Made by a program: the position numbers and the translations under genes. DNA of 63,917 bases, the filler included, from Klebsormidium nitens (lineage: Eukaryota; Plantae; Klebsormidiophyceae): NCBI GenBank assembly GCA_000708835.1. It is 6 parts of 6 records of this genome, joined end to end, with 100 filler letters (N's around TTAATTAATTAA, not from the genome) between each part and the next. Parts side by side here need not be neighbours in the genome. Positions count along the whole stretch, not along the records: positions 1 to 28,837 come from DF237793.1; 5 more parts are not named here. One strand, written 5' to 3'. This document shows, in pieces, positions 1 to 14,400 of this stretch. The number at the start of each line of letters is the position of its first letter. Position 1 is the stretch's first letter. The notes under the pieces were generated by a model. That model made no database searches. It saw nothing but the letters and a program-made list of their open reading frames with translations, and was not told the origin of the DNA.

Positions 1-513
1 CTCGCTCATTCAATGATGATTCCATGCTAGCATTTGACGTAAGGTTCATGATATGTAAAGCATTGCCAGACGCTCAATCTCGGCGATCGCGGTCATGCAA
101 GGAGCTTCCGTGAGTGCTGAGCTCAAGGAATCATAGATACAGCTGTGGCGACGTTATATCAGGCGGCGTAATGATGCATGTATGCTCGCAATCTTAGTGG
201 TTGAGCTACATCACAACTTGATGTTTGATCAATGGCGGCAAGGGATGGCCGCGCAAGCCTGCATGTTTGTTCTTATGCACTTGAACCATGTACCATCATG
301 CTGCAAGAAGCTTCAAGTCGATCGTAGTAAACATATACTCGTTTGATCTGCTGTTGGAGGTTTCTCGCGAACATTAAGTCAATAGCTCCCCGTAAGGAGG
401 GGTTGCCAAACCTTTACTCTGCAACGGCCTTGTGCTCTACGAGCGCGCAACTGGGAAGGTTAGGACAGATTCTTTAAGGGTCAACAGCGCTAGCCGGTTC
501 TCAAGACTCCCTC

Positions 514-3500
514 TCAAACATTTGAAGCCATTAGCTTTTCGATGTCTTCAAGCGACCTGCCTTTCGTTTCCACGACGAATCTCGACACGAACGAAGCCGC
601 CGCAATGCACACGACTGCAAACCCGAGGTAGACCTGTCCGATGCTGAACTTGTTGACCAGTGCCAAGAACGTTAGTCCGATGAAGAAGTTGCAAGCCTGC
701 ATATCAGCAAAAGGCGATGTAAAGACGATGTTACAGTTTTTGCCGCATGACCAGCTGATGTGAGCTACTTCACGTGACAATTGCCTCTCCGGCCATCTCT
801 GCCTAAGCCTGACCAATCCACACTCCGACTTCCCCAGTTAATCCCAAATCGGTGCAAAATTCCCCCGATCCCAAGGGAAGACGGCTCGGTCTCGACAAGC
901 ATATCAATCTGACGTGCGGATCCCCGAAAAAATTCTTACCCAGTGAGTGAAGAGAGCCAGAGAGACGCCCTTGGCTCGTATCCTGGCTGGCAAGATCTCC
1001 CCCGCCAGCAGCCCCGGCACCGGACCGACTCCAAAGGAGAACGCAAGCACGTACCTGCAAAGACAGACGGACACGTGAGAGCCCATTGACGAGTCCAAAG
1101 CACGGCTTCACTAAGTAGTGCCAGACAATTTTCGTGCTCCTCAACCCAGCTCAGAGGGTCGCAACCTCCAGCCGGGGCAGTTTAGAAAGGGCCTTTACAG
1201 TCGGCGCAATGGACATGCAACCATGGGTGGCGCACGAAGTCGCTGATAGATGCATGCACTGTGTAAGAATGCGTCTACAAGGTCCTGTACATTTACCTCA
1301 AGCTGGGACTGATGCCCAGGAACACGACAACCACTGCTTCAGAGTCAGGCAGCCACCTTCCACGTCACTCATTTCGGAGATTGAAAGGAAGATCGAAAGG
1401 CCGCTATTCAACAGCCTGCAGAAGTTGAGATGGGGAAAGCAATCTCACAGGACAGTTCCAACAACGGCGATGGTACCCGAGTACGCCTCCAAGGCTGGCA
1501 GGGTCAGGCCGGCAGCGAGCAGGATCATCATGGCAGCCTGGACAGCACGCGAGAGACGAATATTGAGAGAAATTCTTTTGCCCTGATTATTTTGGGACTG
1601 AGTCGCTCGTTGAATTGATCTGAAGTCGCGAGCGATCCTTGGAAAGGCTTTGTGAACGAGCATCTGAAAGTAACACACCTTGGCAGGGGGGAACGAACGA
1701 ATTTTTGGCTCGAGCGAGCTCGACGTTGCCTGCAAAACCGAGCTGTCAGACTTACACGTAGAGGTCTGCGTAATAAGATCATACCGACGCCTTTCGGTTG
1801 GAGCATGTTCTATGTGCAACAGCTCTTACACGCAATCGGCAGATAACAGGACGCGTGTTGTCACCGTTCCTGCATCAACCGGGACTGGACGAGAACCTTT
1901 GCGAATTGTTCAGCGCACATCTTCCTGAGCAACAACCCGCTCATTCGTCGCCTTGACTGGACAATTTGACGCCAGCATTTATGCACCGGATCAGAAAATT
2001 AACTAGGTAGGAACCCCCAAGGTCAAGCCCCCTGATCGTGCAACATCCGATCGAGTCCTCAAACAGACATCAAGCACTGCGCTCCAAGCCTGCAACTCGG
2101 ACAACCTCAGTGTAGACGGCCACTTTATACTGCCCACCTGATGAATCTGGCCGCCTAGCTGAAGGTGTCCTTCCGCCGTCTCATGGACACAATTTGTTGA
2201 TTGAAGGACCGAAACGGTCCGCAATCGGTGTCAAGTCTGGCGGCTGGAAAATTGACGGGGTACATCAACAGAGGAATTTATTGGCAGATTTGACGAAGAA
2301 AAATCAGCGGAGCAAAGGACGGAGGAGAAAAGAGCGCCCTGCATACCTGGCCCAGGAAGCTCGACTGCAGCAGCTTCTTCCGGCCTTGCGAGTCCATCAT
2401 CGCCGAGGCCGCGACCGTGCCGAACACGTTGGCCGCGCCCACCAGCGCGCTCGCGGCAATGTCGGACGCGACGCCCGCCTTGCGGAACACCGTCGTGCTG
2501 AAGTAGACGACCGCGTTGATGCCCGAGAATTGTTGCAGCAGGAACAGCGCGCACGCGATGAGCGTCACTGCAGGACAGGAAGGCGTCGACGACTATTCTT
2601 CATTTAGAATTTTACTGGAGCGAGAACGCTTGCACATGGATGTAGTGAGTGTCACGGTGGGACGGCGGGCAGCTTGAACGGAAGAATGGGACCCCTTAGC
2701 GACCGGAAGGGTTCGTGATTTCTTTGCGACCATTTACGTACGAGTTGTATAGATGTCCCTTCAAAGCCGCCATATGGGCTTAATATCTGCGCGCAGACCG
2801 TCAACCACGTCTGACCTTAGTATGTACCCACTTGTCGCAGCGAACTAGTATTTGCTGGCTGTGTTCTAAAGCGAGATTTCAAAAGAACGTCTCAAGACGT
2901 TTTGGGGAATCCAGACTGCTTCCGAATACCAGCTGAGACCAACGAACTCAAATGGTCGAAACTGCCAGCAAGTCTCCTCGATTCAATCAGCGAGCTCCTT
3001 AAATAAGCTGCTGGCTTTTAGAAGAACACCCAAGACTTGACGTACGGGCACTTCGCTTGAAAACAAGTTTCTCCCCCGACGAACATCGCCTCCATCTCTA
3101 GAAGCTGCAATAGCACGATTTGAGCCGGCGCGGGAGAAGCGTAGTCCTCACCTTTCCTGTACCGCTTGCTGAACAGGTCTCCCCACCCCGCCTCCTCTTC
3201 CCCTTTGCCCGCAAGTGCGCTGTCTTTCAGCTCCGCAATTGTGCCAGCAGCATCCGCAGCGCCCCACAACTTTCGGACAGCAGCTTCAGCGTCCGCTGAT
3301 CGTCCGTGCTGCAAGAAAGGACAATCGTGTCAGCAGATGCACAGGATGACTAACCACGTTTGGTGACCCTGTTGTGTCGTGTTTCACAAGATCCTTCGTA
3401 GAGGCTCCGCTTGAACGAACATGGTGCGAGAACACTCCCTTTTTGAAGACATCCGCTCGACCGAATTGCCAAAGTCGCTGTAGGAGTCGCCACCAAGACC

Positions 3501-6500
3501 CCGTCGAGTTATGAATCGGTGCCGCAAGCAGGATTTCCTAGCAAGCGAAGCCAACAATCTGGTGAGCGTCGGCCTGACAAAGTTTGATGTGGGGCTTGGT
3601 ACCTAAACCTTCCTTTGTTTGGAGCGCTCCCAATATTATGTCCTCACCTTGAACAGCCAGCTCGGGCTTTCTGGGGCCCACGCCATGCCGACGCCCAAAA
3701 GCACCGCAGGGATGACGGCAATCCCGAACATGGTTCGCCACCTGTAGAGGAAACAACCGGACGGTCTCGCTGGTGTGCAGCAGATAAAAGTTCGACTCAG
3801 GTTGTCTGGATGTATACAGTGGCAATGCTTGGGTTGTGTGCAATCACGTCGGTACTGACAACGCGGCGCTCGACGTGGTTGCGGACAAACATCGGACATA
3901 TGTCTGCATAATCTTATGTGGAATGCAAAAGCAGCTCTTGTATTAGCTCGAGGGATTTGGTCGTGGACCAGTTCTGTGTGTCAAGTGGAACGTTGGCCTT
4001 CAAGTCGATCCAAGGGCCAGTGACAAATGCGAATAGAACAAGGTAAAATGAAAGACTTGGTCTGCCGAGTCACACTCCTGTACTGTCCAGCTTCAACAGA
4101 ATCAAACCAGAAGAATCGCAGAAACTGGTCATCTTCAAACCTTTGCAAGTGAGTATCGAAGAAGAGCAATATCGACGTGGAACTGCGAAAAGAACCGCAT
4201 GTCTTACAAGGAGTCTTCGATGATGGCGCGGTGCAAAACCTCGTAGTTGCCCCTGACTTTGCCAACTTAGAATGAAGCGAATTCCTGCTGGTCTTCGACT
4301 CACCAGCCCGGATTCTCGCTCAGAGGAAGGCCGGCCAGAAGAGCACCGAGAATGCCTGCAGCATACAACGAGTTGAATAGACTGCCAATCAGGGCAGGTG
4401 CGATTTCGTATGGAGATTGTGCGCTTCTTTAACGCTTTGAGAAAACAATCTGGACCAGATTTTGTGTGTGTGCACGTCTGCGACAAAGTTGTACGAAAAG
4501 CGGCCTCTGGAAGCAAAACGTCTTCTTAGGCGCGAAAATTGTAGGGCGATGAAGCAATCTGGTGGTGGTCATCCTTTCCTGGATCCGATCATTTGTGTGT
4601 GCTAAAGAAGAGTCTACAAATTTTCTGCCTTTGTGCCCACCTTGCCAGTCGAGCTCAAAGTGCACCGCCAGCAAGGAAACATCAAGTCGATCCACATAGT
4701 AGGTTTTCAAAAATGTGACGCATGTTGAAACAGTTCCCACTTTTGTTCCAGTACACTCACCTATGCAGATTGCTAGTTGGTTGACGGACCCCAGAGCCCC
4801 TCTGATGTTGGGAGGGGAAACCTGAGTGGTAAGAGGAGAGTGAACAAAGTTCACAATCGTGTGAATGCGAAGTACTTGGCCGAGCAGCTTTCCGGTTGAC
4901 TCGTTTGCGTGCAATTGCAGGACTTTGAAGTGTGTGCCTTAAACACAAGGAGGACCCCAGAAAGTCAAAGTCGAAATTCGACGCAAGTTGGAGTGCAATC
5001 AGACAGAGCATGAAATCCTAAGGTATTTGATGCCCTGAGACGAATTATGGAACCAAAAATAGGCAGTGTAACCCACCTCAGATATGTACAAGGGCACAAG
5101 AGTTGATGACAGACCGATGCCGATTCCACAGATCAGCCGTCCAGCGATAATCATTGAGGTAGACCCGGCAGTGGCACTGCCAGCGAAAGTCCAGACACAA
5201 CGCATCAGGCCCCCATCGACTGGCGTTGATGTTAAAGAACGGTCGAGATCAGATGCGCATTGCAACTTGTCACGTTCACTTCTGCTAACAAATATTACAC
5301 AAAGAGAGTCCGATCGTAAGTCCTTAGTATTCCGTCAGGAACGCGCTCTTGGGACGGACCAGCTTGCAGTGCTTCCACCAGAGAGGGAGGGATTTAGACA
5401 GCAATCCTTTCTGTTCGCTGGCTGGGAAAAAGCAGCACACTGCCCAGTTTTAGGAGGCCCCTATGAGGAATGAAGTGGAGAACCTCACCATACAAATGCT
5501 CCAACGACCAGGGGTAGAACATTGATTTGCAGGGCCCGGGTCCTTCCAAACTTTTCCGCAAAGTTCCCCCCCACCACAGAGCCCAACGCTGCGCCCGCCA
5601 AAGTAATGCTCACCACTAACCCAGAGATGGCAGTGTTTCCTCGGAATCCTAGCTCGCCTGACATGTAATCAAGGGCCCCATTGACAACCCTGCAACCACC
5701 AGTTCAGCTTTTATTCATTTGATGCTTTTGGAGGAGCTGCTAGTTTGTCAGGGAGAAGAGAAGGAGAGTCTCATGAATCTCATGAAGGTGAAATTAGCCA
5801 TAACCCTCTGATATCAGGTTGGCAAACAGAACAAGTATGTTCAGCTCTGCCTGCCTGTTGGAATTCTATGTTCAATGGCTTGGATTGACAGCCAGAAGGA
5901 TCAAGGAAGATCATAAGAGGAGAAAAAGCCAAGCAGTGCAAGACTCCTGTGTCTTCTAGGGGAAGGTACAAAGTTACCTTTGATCTGCGTTTTGGTGCCT
6001 CTAACGTGGATCAATGCCTTCATTGTTCTCGAGAAATAACTAATCAAACACAAAGACTCTTAGAGAACCAGACTCCTCCTTGTCCACCTCGATGGAAGGC
6101 ATCATGGAGGCCCATTCATGTAGACTGCAAACAGTCGAGTCTTGCAATCAACACAAGACTCTCACCCCAAATGGTAGCCAAATAAGAGAGCGCCCAGACA
6201 CGCAATTGCCACGGCCGGAATGACAGAACCTGTGGCTGTCATGCTTTTGTCAGGTCTCCCCTCGAGATCTGCGGCTGCAAAACAGTGTCAAGGAGTGAGG
6301 TAGCCACCAACTTGACCACAAATTGACCCTTCAATTCAAGAGGGCATTGGCGCACAACTTGTGTTTGTTTCTTTCATCACTCAATTGCTTCTGCAATTGA
6401 AGCAACAGCTCAAAGGAATTGTGATGAAAACAAATTGAATCATGTAATGCGCTCGTCAGGAAGACTTCGCCTAAAAACAAAGTCTACTCAGGATTCTGAG

Positions 6501-6870
6501 CGACCATCTTTCAGAAGATACTCATTTTGAGATCTGGGACTTGGATCAGCGAGTTGATACCTGCTGCTCGGACCGAGGAACGCCTGGAATGCGTAGTATG
6601 CGAGTCACCAAAGACCATCTTTGATTGGTGAAGATGCTGTGCATCACCCGAAACACTCAGCTTCTGTGGTTTGTATCCAGGGGCTCGGACTGCGCTCTCA
6701 GGCTTGGACCCAATGCATGCAACTACGCTGGTCTTCCTAAGCTTGCCTTTACGACCTTCAGCTCTTTGAATTGGGACAAGGGGAAGGCGTGTGATGGTAG
6801 AAAGTCTACCATCGTCCCCAATCTGAGTGCGAGGAAGGAGCTTGAGCGTGCGGCTTGACACTGCTTGCAT
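514..6870 (-). CDS. pGlcT: Plastidic glucose translocator (MFS sugar porter family), 12 exons: 6870-6561, 6274-6166, 5689-5489, 5176-5077, 4821-4761, 4355-4304, 3741-3648, 3308-3152, 2567-2347, 1537-1449, 1054-940, 696-514
   Basis: The spliced translation gives sugar-porter motifs ACLGALLFGYHLG-VVNGAL, GRLICGIGIGLSSTLVPLYISE, IRGALGSVNQL, PESPSWL, LFLLQQFSGINAVVYFS, GRKKLL and VETKGRSLEDIE. All junctions are GT-AG and in phase. Exon 1 is Ser/Arg/Lys-rich, like a transit peptide. Confidence 0.95.
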
Positions 6871-8437
6871 CCTTTTTGTCTGGCAGAATCATCCAGTGCC
6901 TTTCTTTTCAAAGACGTTCTCGCACCCGCTGTACGTCTGCAGCTGCAAACGCGTCCTCCTTTCAATCACCAAACTAGCTTCAACCTGCAACCTTGAAGTT
7001 GTACCCAGGCCTGCATTGACCAGCTCGACAGCCTGCTTTCCAACTTCTGGGTTAGCTTCACCCTCGTATTATCCTACATAGTAGCCGGGGGCATCTCGAC
7101 GGCCAACCCGGTCCCCTATAAGCCTGAACTAAGAGGTGGAAGAGATTGGCTCGCCATAACCTGACGCTTAAGAGGGTTTTTGAGGGGTGTGGAACATTGG
7201 CCTACTGGCCAATGTTCTCCACATATACGGCCTTCAATACTCGAATATATACGTATTACGTTTGCATGCAGATGCACAAGTATATCCTGCCGTAACCTAC
7301 AGATTGTCAGTCTTCATTTGAAAGATAATTGTAAGCTCCCACATATGCATTACAATTTTCATATCAGATTCCTATTTAATCGAGTTTGTGTGCTGGATGG
7401 TCCCGGTTGGATCCGCCAGTCGTGCTGTATTTTTCCAGTCGTCGATATAGGTGATCTAATATCCGACGGTACAAGTAGCTCTCGTTGCTACCCGTCAGTG
7501 AGCGCCAGTTAGATTTACCGTGTACCGAACCTGCGTCGTTCGATATGACTTAATCTAATCTCGATGACCAGAAAAGGTTGAGACTTTATAGTTCCGGACT
7601 TCGCCGATGAATCTCAGAGCGAAGAAGTGCCACTCGACCGCGGAGACAATCTCTTAATGACTGGCCGGTTATATAGTTCGATTCGGCCGGTGTAAGAAGG
7701 TTAAGTAGCAGAGAGGGTTTGTGACCATCGCTTCTTCATGATCATCTCTTTCCTGGCTCACAACAGCTCAAGAGTCACAAGCAACTTGGCTGAAGATGCT
7801 ATCTTAGAAACCTATTGGGCGCCACATGAGGGTGTCTTGTAGCCAAAGCGCTCTGACGAACAGGTGCAGGCAGCTTGGTTGGCTATACGAAGGGAAGGCT
7901 GGACCCAGCGAGGCCAAAACATGGCATTCAGAAAGTGATGCATCGAATGCTAGTGGTGGCACCTAAACTGGTCGCAAGATCGTCAGCATCTTAAAGGTGC
8001 GGCCCCTGCATCATAAGTTTGGGACTAAGCAAAGCATTTTCTTTTATCTAAGCATCCTTGGAACATCGTTTTGTTGTAATACCTCCTTAACTTCTTTTGC
8101 GAGAACACTTTCAAAGTCACCTTTAAAGGTATCTGTTGGCTGCAATGCTGGTCTTCCTGCACGCTTTGTGGCATTGAGCCGCTGCAGTTCGCACCTTCAG
8201 TCTGGGTTTTACCATACGCCACACTCTGAAAGAGTTCAGCATTTCAGGTCATTTCAGTCACAGGAAGGGGACTACACAGTTTTTGCCATTGCAACAGGCC
8301 TTTCGCCTCATTTCTGGCAGATGATATTACATTGCTGTCTTCATCATCACATTATAATGTTTGCTTTATATACCTCTGTGCAGAATCTATTCTGGTCGTG
8401 TCCACTTATCAATTTCTAATACGCCTGCAGGTTAGCT

Positions 8438-11400
8438 ATGGGGGGGCCCCAACTATCCACCTTTCATGTACGGCGGTGGCACCTTCGTTCCGTCCACTCA
8501 GGGGCTCCAAGCAAGTGCACTACTGTCCATCAGTTGCCTCCCCTGAAGATAAAGGCGCAATTACCCCACAATGTTCGACGGTTAGAAGTGGCTCTTTTCA
8601 ATGCCCCTGCAACTTGCCGGCATTTGACAAACCGTTTGTCTTTTGGTCACCTAACCCTGCCTTCACAGAAAGAGCATCCTGGCTTTCCTTCCGGAAGAAA
8701 AGCAAGGGACAGAAGCCCCCTCGTCAGAGCATACTCGGACGATCATGCTCTGCCTCAAAATGACAAAGTTCCTTTGGACTCCGAGACAGCTAAGGTTGAA
8801 CTAGCGACACCTCTTAGTTCTCCCTCTGGGGATGTCATTGTCACGGCTCTCCACGAGCACGCAGAGAGGCTGCGACTAGCGCTAGTGGAGCAGGAGAGCC
8901 TCACCAAAGGTCCCTGGTTTGCCCAAAAGTGGCTGGGGATCGACAAGAATGCATGGATGAGGAGCGTGGGATATCAGGCAAGTATACCTGCGACTAAGAG
9001 CTGTGACGACTGAGAGCTGTGAGTTCTCATTTGTTTTGCACGCTGTTAAGAAGCGAACTTGACTGTTGACCCTGCATTCAGGTGCCCTGTCCTTGGCTTG
9101 TGCTTGATTGAAGCGAGTGACAGGTGGAGAAGGAAACATGATTTGCCTTGCAGCTACATCCATCTGACGTGTCTGAAGTGTTAATACTCTGTCTACTTTT
9201 CCGTCGAGCTTTGGATGTTGTTAAGTATGTACTACAATTAATCAATCTTGCTGACCTTTCGGATGACCTCATTAACTCAGTGGTCAGAAGAGGAGCACTG
9301 ACTCCATGTCTTTGGTCTTTGTTGAGTCAATTGGGCCAGTGTCAGCCTGTTGAGACTTACGCGATATCACAGTCATCTTCTCGACATCGTGCAGGCCGCA
9401 GTGCACGCTCTCCTAAAAGCTGCAGGGGACGTGGCCGACCGGGGGGAGGCCCGTGACCGGGACGCCCATACAGTTGTCATTAAGAGTCTGGCCAGACAAC
9501 GAGCGCCCTTGGAAAGTGCAATCACTGCGGCTCTGGATGCACGTGACCCTCTGGCGGGGGGCTGGTTCTGGGCTGTACCGTACCCCCCTGCCCTGCAAAG
9601 CCTCCTTGGGGTTCTCGAAAACGATGGCCGGTTTGGGGTGTGTACAGCCTTGAGGGAGGCCGCTTGTGAACCAGGTTGGACATCTGGCCGATAACCTGAA
9701 GTTTGTGATGCGCTGCAATCTGCTTCAGTTGCAGTCAATATGGCTGCCTACAATCAATCTGTTCAAGTGTTGAAAAGTCAAGTACAGTAAAGCACAGGTT
9801 TAGGGCCTGTGCCCCCACCTTATCCTTAGAACGCCCTCTCCACTCAGATTACACACACACTCGCAGATAGCTGCAGTTGGGGATGGTCTTGTTGACCCAG
9901 CTGGAACGAATCGCTCTTCAGTCCTATCGCTAGTAGTCATCATGAGGCAAGAACTCCTAGGACACGACTGGCTGAACGACACGTCTTGCTTGATCTTTTC
10001 TGGCGGGCGCTGAGAGCACAAGGTCACGTCAAACAGCGGCTGTCTACAACCGTTGATTACATTTCTTCTCTGGCAGGCGTGGAGAGCGACGCCGCCCTCT
10101 TGAAGATGGCTTTACACGTGGAGGGGGCGGTGGCCAAGCTGGGCCAGGCGGCCATGGACTGTGACCCCTTCCCGGCCATTCTGGAGGAGGAGGTCGAGAA
10201 GCTGATGAACCTGCTTGGCACGCTCGTGTCGTCGGAAAAGGTGGGGCTGTCGTAAATAACGTCTTCATTCATTGGCGGCAGACACATCGGTGGATTTTAC
10301 GAGGTGTATGAAGTGGAGCCCAAAGGATTGCGCCGTCGATTGGTCCAGTTTGAGTGCTGACTGGTTTGACATCGGTCTGACAAATCGATCCGATTGAAAG
10401 GGTTGGCAAGCAGTCTCCGTGGTCTTCCTGATTGAAAGGGTTGGCAAGCAGTCTCCGTAGTCTCAACCAAGAAGAGTAATATCTTCACGACACTGCTATA
10501 AGCAGCCTCTGTCTGCTGTGCTGCTTCAAGTTGGTCCATCAACTGAAAGCGGCTAACTTTCTCTTGAGATTGCCAGGTTTCCAGCAGACTCTTGTCAGTT
10601 GCAACAAACGTTACATCCAATGCCGCCAGGTCTACGAGACGGCTTGCGCCTCGGGCCTGCGCCGTGAGTTCTTGGAGCGCTACGCACGGCGCGCTGCGGA
10701 ACGCCTGAGCAACAACGCACGGCTTATCGCCCCTGAGGAGAAGGCCTTCTGGATCGACCTGGTGGAGCGGCAGCTCGGGGTTGCGCTTGCCAGAGAGGGG
10801 CCCGATCTGCTAGGCATGGCAAGAGCGCCACAGGAGGTGAGCGTTTGAGCTGCGAGATAGTTTCAGAAGACCTCGTGAAAACGCCTTGTATCCGAGTGCC
10901 ATTCTAGCCCCACTCCACCTGTCAGTGTTGGCCAAATTGTAAGCCTCACGGCCTAGTTGTACGTAAAGACCACGTATGCTTTGACAGGAAGGATGGATGG
11001 AGATCGATCTGCAGTGCGCTTCCAGCGGACTCCCCCCGATGTCAACACCCACCAGTCCAGGCTGGTCATGATTCTTACTTTCTTCCCAGGATTCCTCCCC
11101 CGACTCTCTCAAGACGGACCTCGCCATCTTCGGTTTCTTCGTCGCGCTCGGCCGCAGCACCCGCCTGTTCCTCAGCGCAAAGGGCGCCGCAGAGGACGAG
11201 GCCATGGGGGGTCTCCTGCGCTACTTCGAGGGGGGGGGCGTCCTTTTCTACCCGGAACTCGCGCGGTTGCCCCTGTTCCAGCTGTTCGTGGAGGTCGTCT
11301 GCGAGGAAATGCAGTGGCTGCCGTTCTACCCGGGGGAGGAGCTCAGCGCGGGCAGCGGGGACCACGGCCATGGGGGAGCGGCGCTGCCGCTGGCGAGCAG

Positions 11401-14400
11401 GGTGCGAATCCGGACGGAAAATTATGCTTCGCATTAAGACTTCAAATGACTTGTGGTAGAGATGCGCCTCACTTGAAGCAACGGCATCCATAACCAGAAG
11501 GAAACCCACTGCCTGTTCTTGGTCTGCGCATGAGCTAAGAAAGCAGGGATGAAACGGCATTGACGGCTGTGGCTTGCGCTGATTGCCGTCGTTACCGAAC
11601 CTGCGTCCGTCTCCTCTAGTCGATCCTCGCCTGCTCACAATTCTCCCGAAACGAGCAGAGTTTTTGGTAAATTAAAATCAACGGCTTCTCACCCTGTCCC
11701 GTGCACAGCAGATACCTCAGCGTTTTGACAGAAGCTTTCCTGCAGAACCTGTCTCAATTGCTTGTAAGCCGCCGACCCTGTGTTTCACCACAGATGGACT
11801 ATGGTAGTATGAAACTCCACTGCACTCGATTAGTCCTCTGCCACTCTTCCCGGTTCAGCACAAACGCTCTGTCGAAGCCTGCAGCAGCACGTAGGAATGT
11901 CACCATGTTTTCTGGTGCTTCATCTTCAGGCCGAGAGGGCTGCTGCGTTGGCCAAGGCGGCTGCCACGTGTCAGCGTTGGCTGGAGGACTTCGAGGCCCA
12001 CAGCCGCCACCTGCGCTCCCACCCCCAGTCCCGTGCCGCCCGCTTTCTCCGCGGTTGTAAAAGCCGCCTTGCCGCCTGCAACGCCGTCCTCGCAAAACCC
12101 CCCCCGAGACAAATCCCCGGGGTGCCAAAACCTTCCTCCGTCACAGTCCCCCAGATCGAGACGGAAGCCTCGGAACTAGACCGGGGACTCTTTTCAGCCG
12201 TGGGGAGGGCCACTGCCGGGGGCTTCCGGAACGTTGGACGGCTGTTCTCGCGCCCAAAATCGGAAGTAAAACCCGCGGCACCAAGAGATGTGCCCCCCCG
12301 GAAGAGCGTGCAGTCGCAGCGGTTCTCGCACCCCCCTCCTCCAACCGGGGCATTCCCCCGACCGCCCTCGACCTCCTCCTTGTCCTCTTCTTCTTCGTCC
12401 GGGTCGCTGTATTCGGACGACGACCTTCCGTACGAAGGCGGGCAGTTCTGGGAGTCAGGGTCCGGTTCCGCTTTCGGTGGGCCGGATTCCGGGCAGCCGG
12501 AGGAGGACGACGAGCTGCGCACGATGGAGCGCCAGCTGTCGCGGTTTGATTCGGAACTGAGCGGCGTAGATGCGGCAATGGAGAAGCTGGACCGGCTGGT
12601 GCAGGAGAGCGAAGGGGGCGCGGCGCAGAAAGGGGACGTGGAGACGCTCAAGAAACTCAAGGGGGAGGTGAGCTCGGGTTGTATCAGATTCTGGAAAGCT
12701 GCGATTGCTGCTTGATTGTCGGAGCCTGCTTTTTGCTTCGATCACCGCTTGTAGACGTGACAGGGCTTTCAGGGACATAAGCTGCAAAATGACACCTGTG
12801 ACTTTGCATGCTCTGACAGGCAGTATTGCTGGATGATCCAGAGCATTCGGTTACTACAAACCGAAGTCAAGGCTTTTTCTAAGTTTCAAACCGGTTACAT
12901 GAGTAGGAGAGCCAAATCTGGAGTCGTTTGAAACAGAAGAGCCGAGCTCGGAGCTGATTCGAATGTGGGGCCGCTTTTGCAGGTTGAGGCGCTGGAGGCC
13001 GTTTTCAAGACGAAGAAGGCGGAGGTAGAAAAGGGGCTGCGGAAGAAGAAGCGGCGAAAAAACAAGGGAACGGGAACAGTCATCATTGATTCGGACAAGC
13101 AGGAAGTCTGGGGGTCCGCTGGGTAAGCTGTCTGCCCTAAAATCTGCTTTTTTAAGGTTGACTCTCCGAATATGACCTAGATCTGTCAGCATCAGAGCAC
13201 CTAGTTTGGGTCGTGATTGTCGCCAAGAATCGGAAAGTTGGGGCGAAATCGTAACGCGGTTGGCTTCTCGAAATCTGCATGATTATCTGAGCTTTGCTGT
13301 GGCTTTGCTTCTGGACTTTTGGACTTTCGCTACTTTTCTATCGAGGCTGTTATGCAACAAGCCAGTAGGTGGGTGGGGTCTGAAACGGGAGCTTTTTCCT
13401 TAAACAATCAGGATGATCACTATCCTGCGATTTACACAATCTCCCTTTCAGACAAGAGTCTTGTTGATCCACTTTGCGAAATCCTTGGAGACGAGTGTGA
13501 ACTGCTCTAGGGGTCTGTCACGACCAAGTGCATCCACGATCATAAGAGATCCGATGAGATGTCGACTTCGTATTCACAGCGTTTGTCCCTGTGACAGGTG
13601 GCAAGATGCCGTTGGCCGCGCTGGGGCCCTCTTCGGCGTCGGCCCACTCCCCGACCTACCCAACCCGTTAGAGTGGTTTAGCGAAACCCCCGAAAAACCC
13701 CGAACTTCTTCTTCCGCCATCCAAGCGCCCCCAAGTCCCGTTTCCGTTCCGTGGTCGTTGCCAATCTTCTCGGAGGAGGAGCGACGGCAAGCGGAAGGGG
13801 GCAGATCCGACGCGGCGAGAAGCGGGGAGCTGTCGCCGGAGGAGAAGCGGGGCATCATCGAAGCGGAGCTAGCGAGGGCGGAGGTGAGCTCCTTGCTGCG
13901 TTAAGTCCCGTCATTACTAACAGCTTGCCAGAAGTCGACTGACGCCATTATTCACCTGATTGTGGCTGTGAGAGGCATCCATCAACAAAAGACTCTGTTC
14001 ATGGATCATAGAACTGTACTGCCGGAAGACGAAGGAAAGCGTATGGGCGCCCTCATTGGCGAGTACCTAGCCTTCGGTGGATTTGTATCATTGGCGACTT
14101 TTGAGACAGTGAACGGGGATGCATAACGTGCTCGCGAGCAATAGCTGAGCCTATCGTGCACTTTCAAACGTTGATGGGGGCAAAGGAATCCTCCATTACA
14201 TCTTCCTCGATAGTTTACATTGCTTCCATCGTTTTCTACCCTTGTAAAACCGTAGTCCAAACCGGTGAAACCACGATCTTGCCCACTGTCTCGCAGAACC
14301 AAAGCAATGGCCGACCGGCAGCAGATGCCGCGGAGGCAGCGGCTTATGGGGATGCACCTTACTGGGAGGAGGACTCCCCAGTCGCGGCAGCGGCGGGGGA

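Noticed and set aside
13-120. Possible box C/D snoRNA (ATGATGA at 13-19, CTGA at 117-120)
   Set aside because: No terminal stem, no clear C'/D' boxes or rRNA guide recognised. Such words occur by chance.
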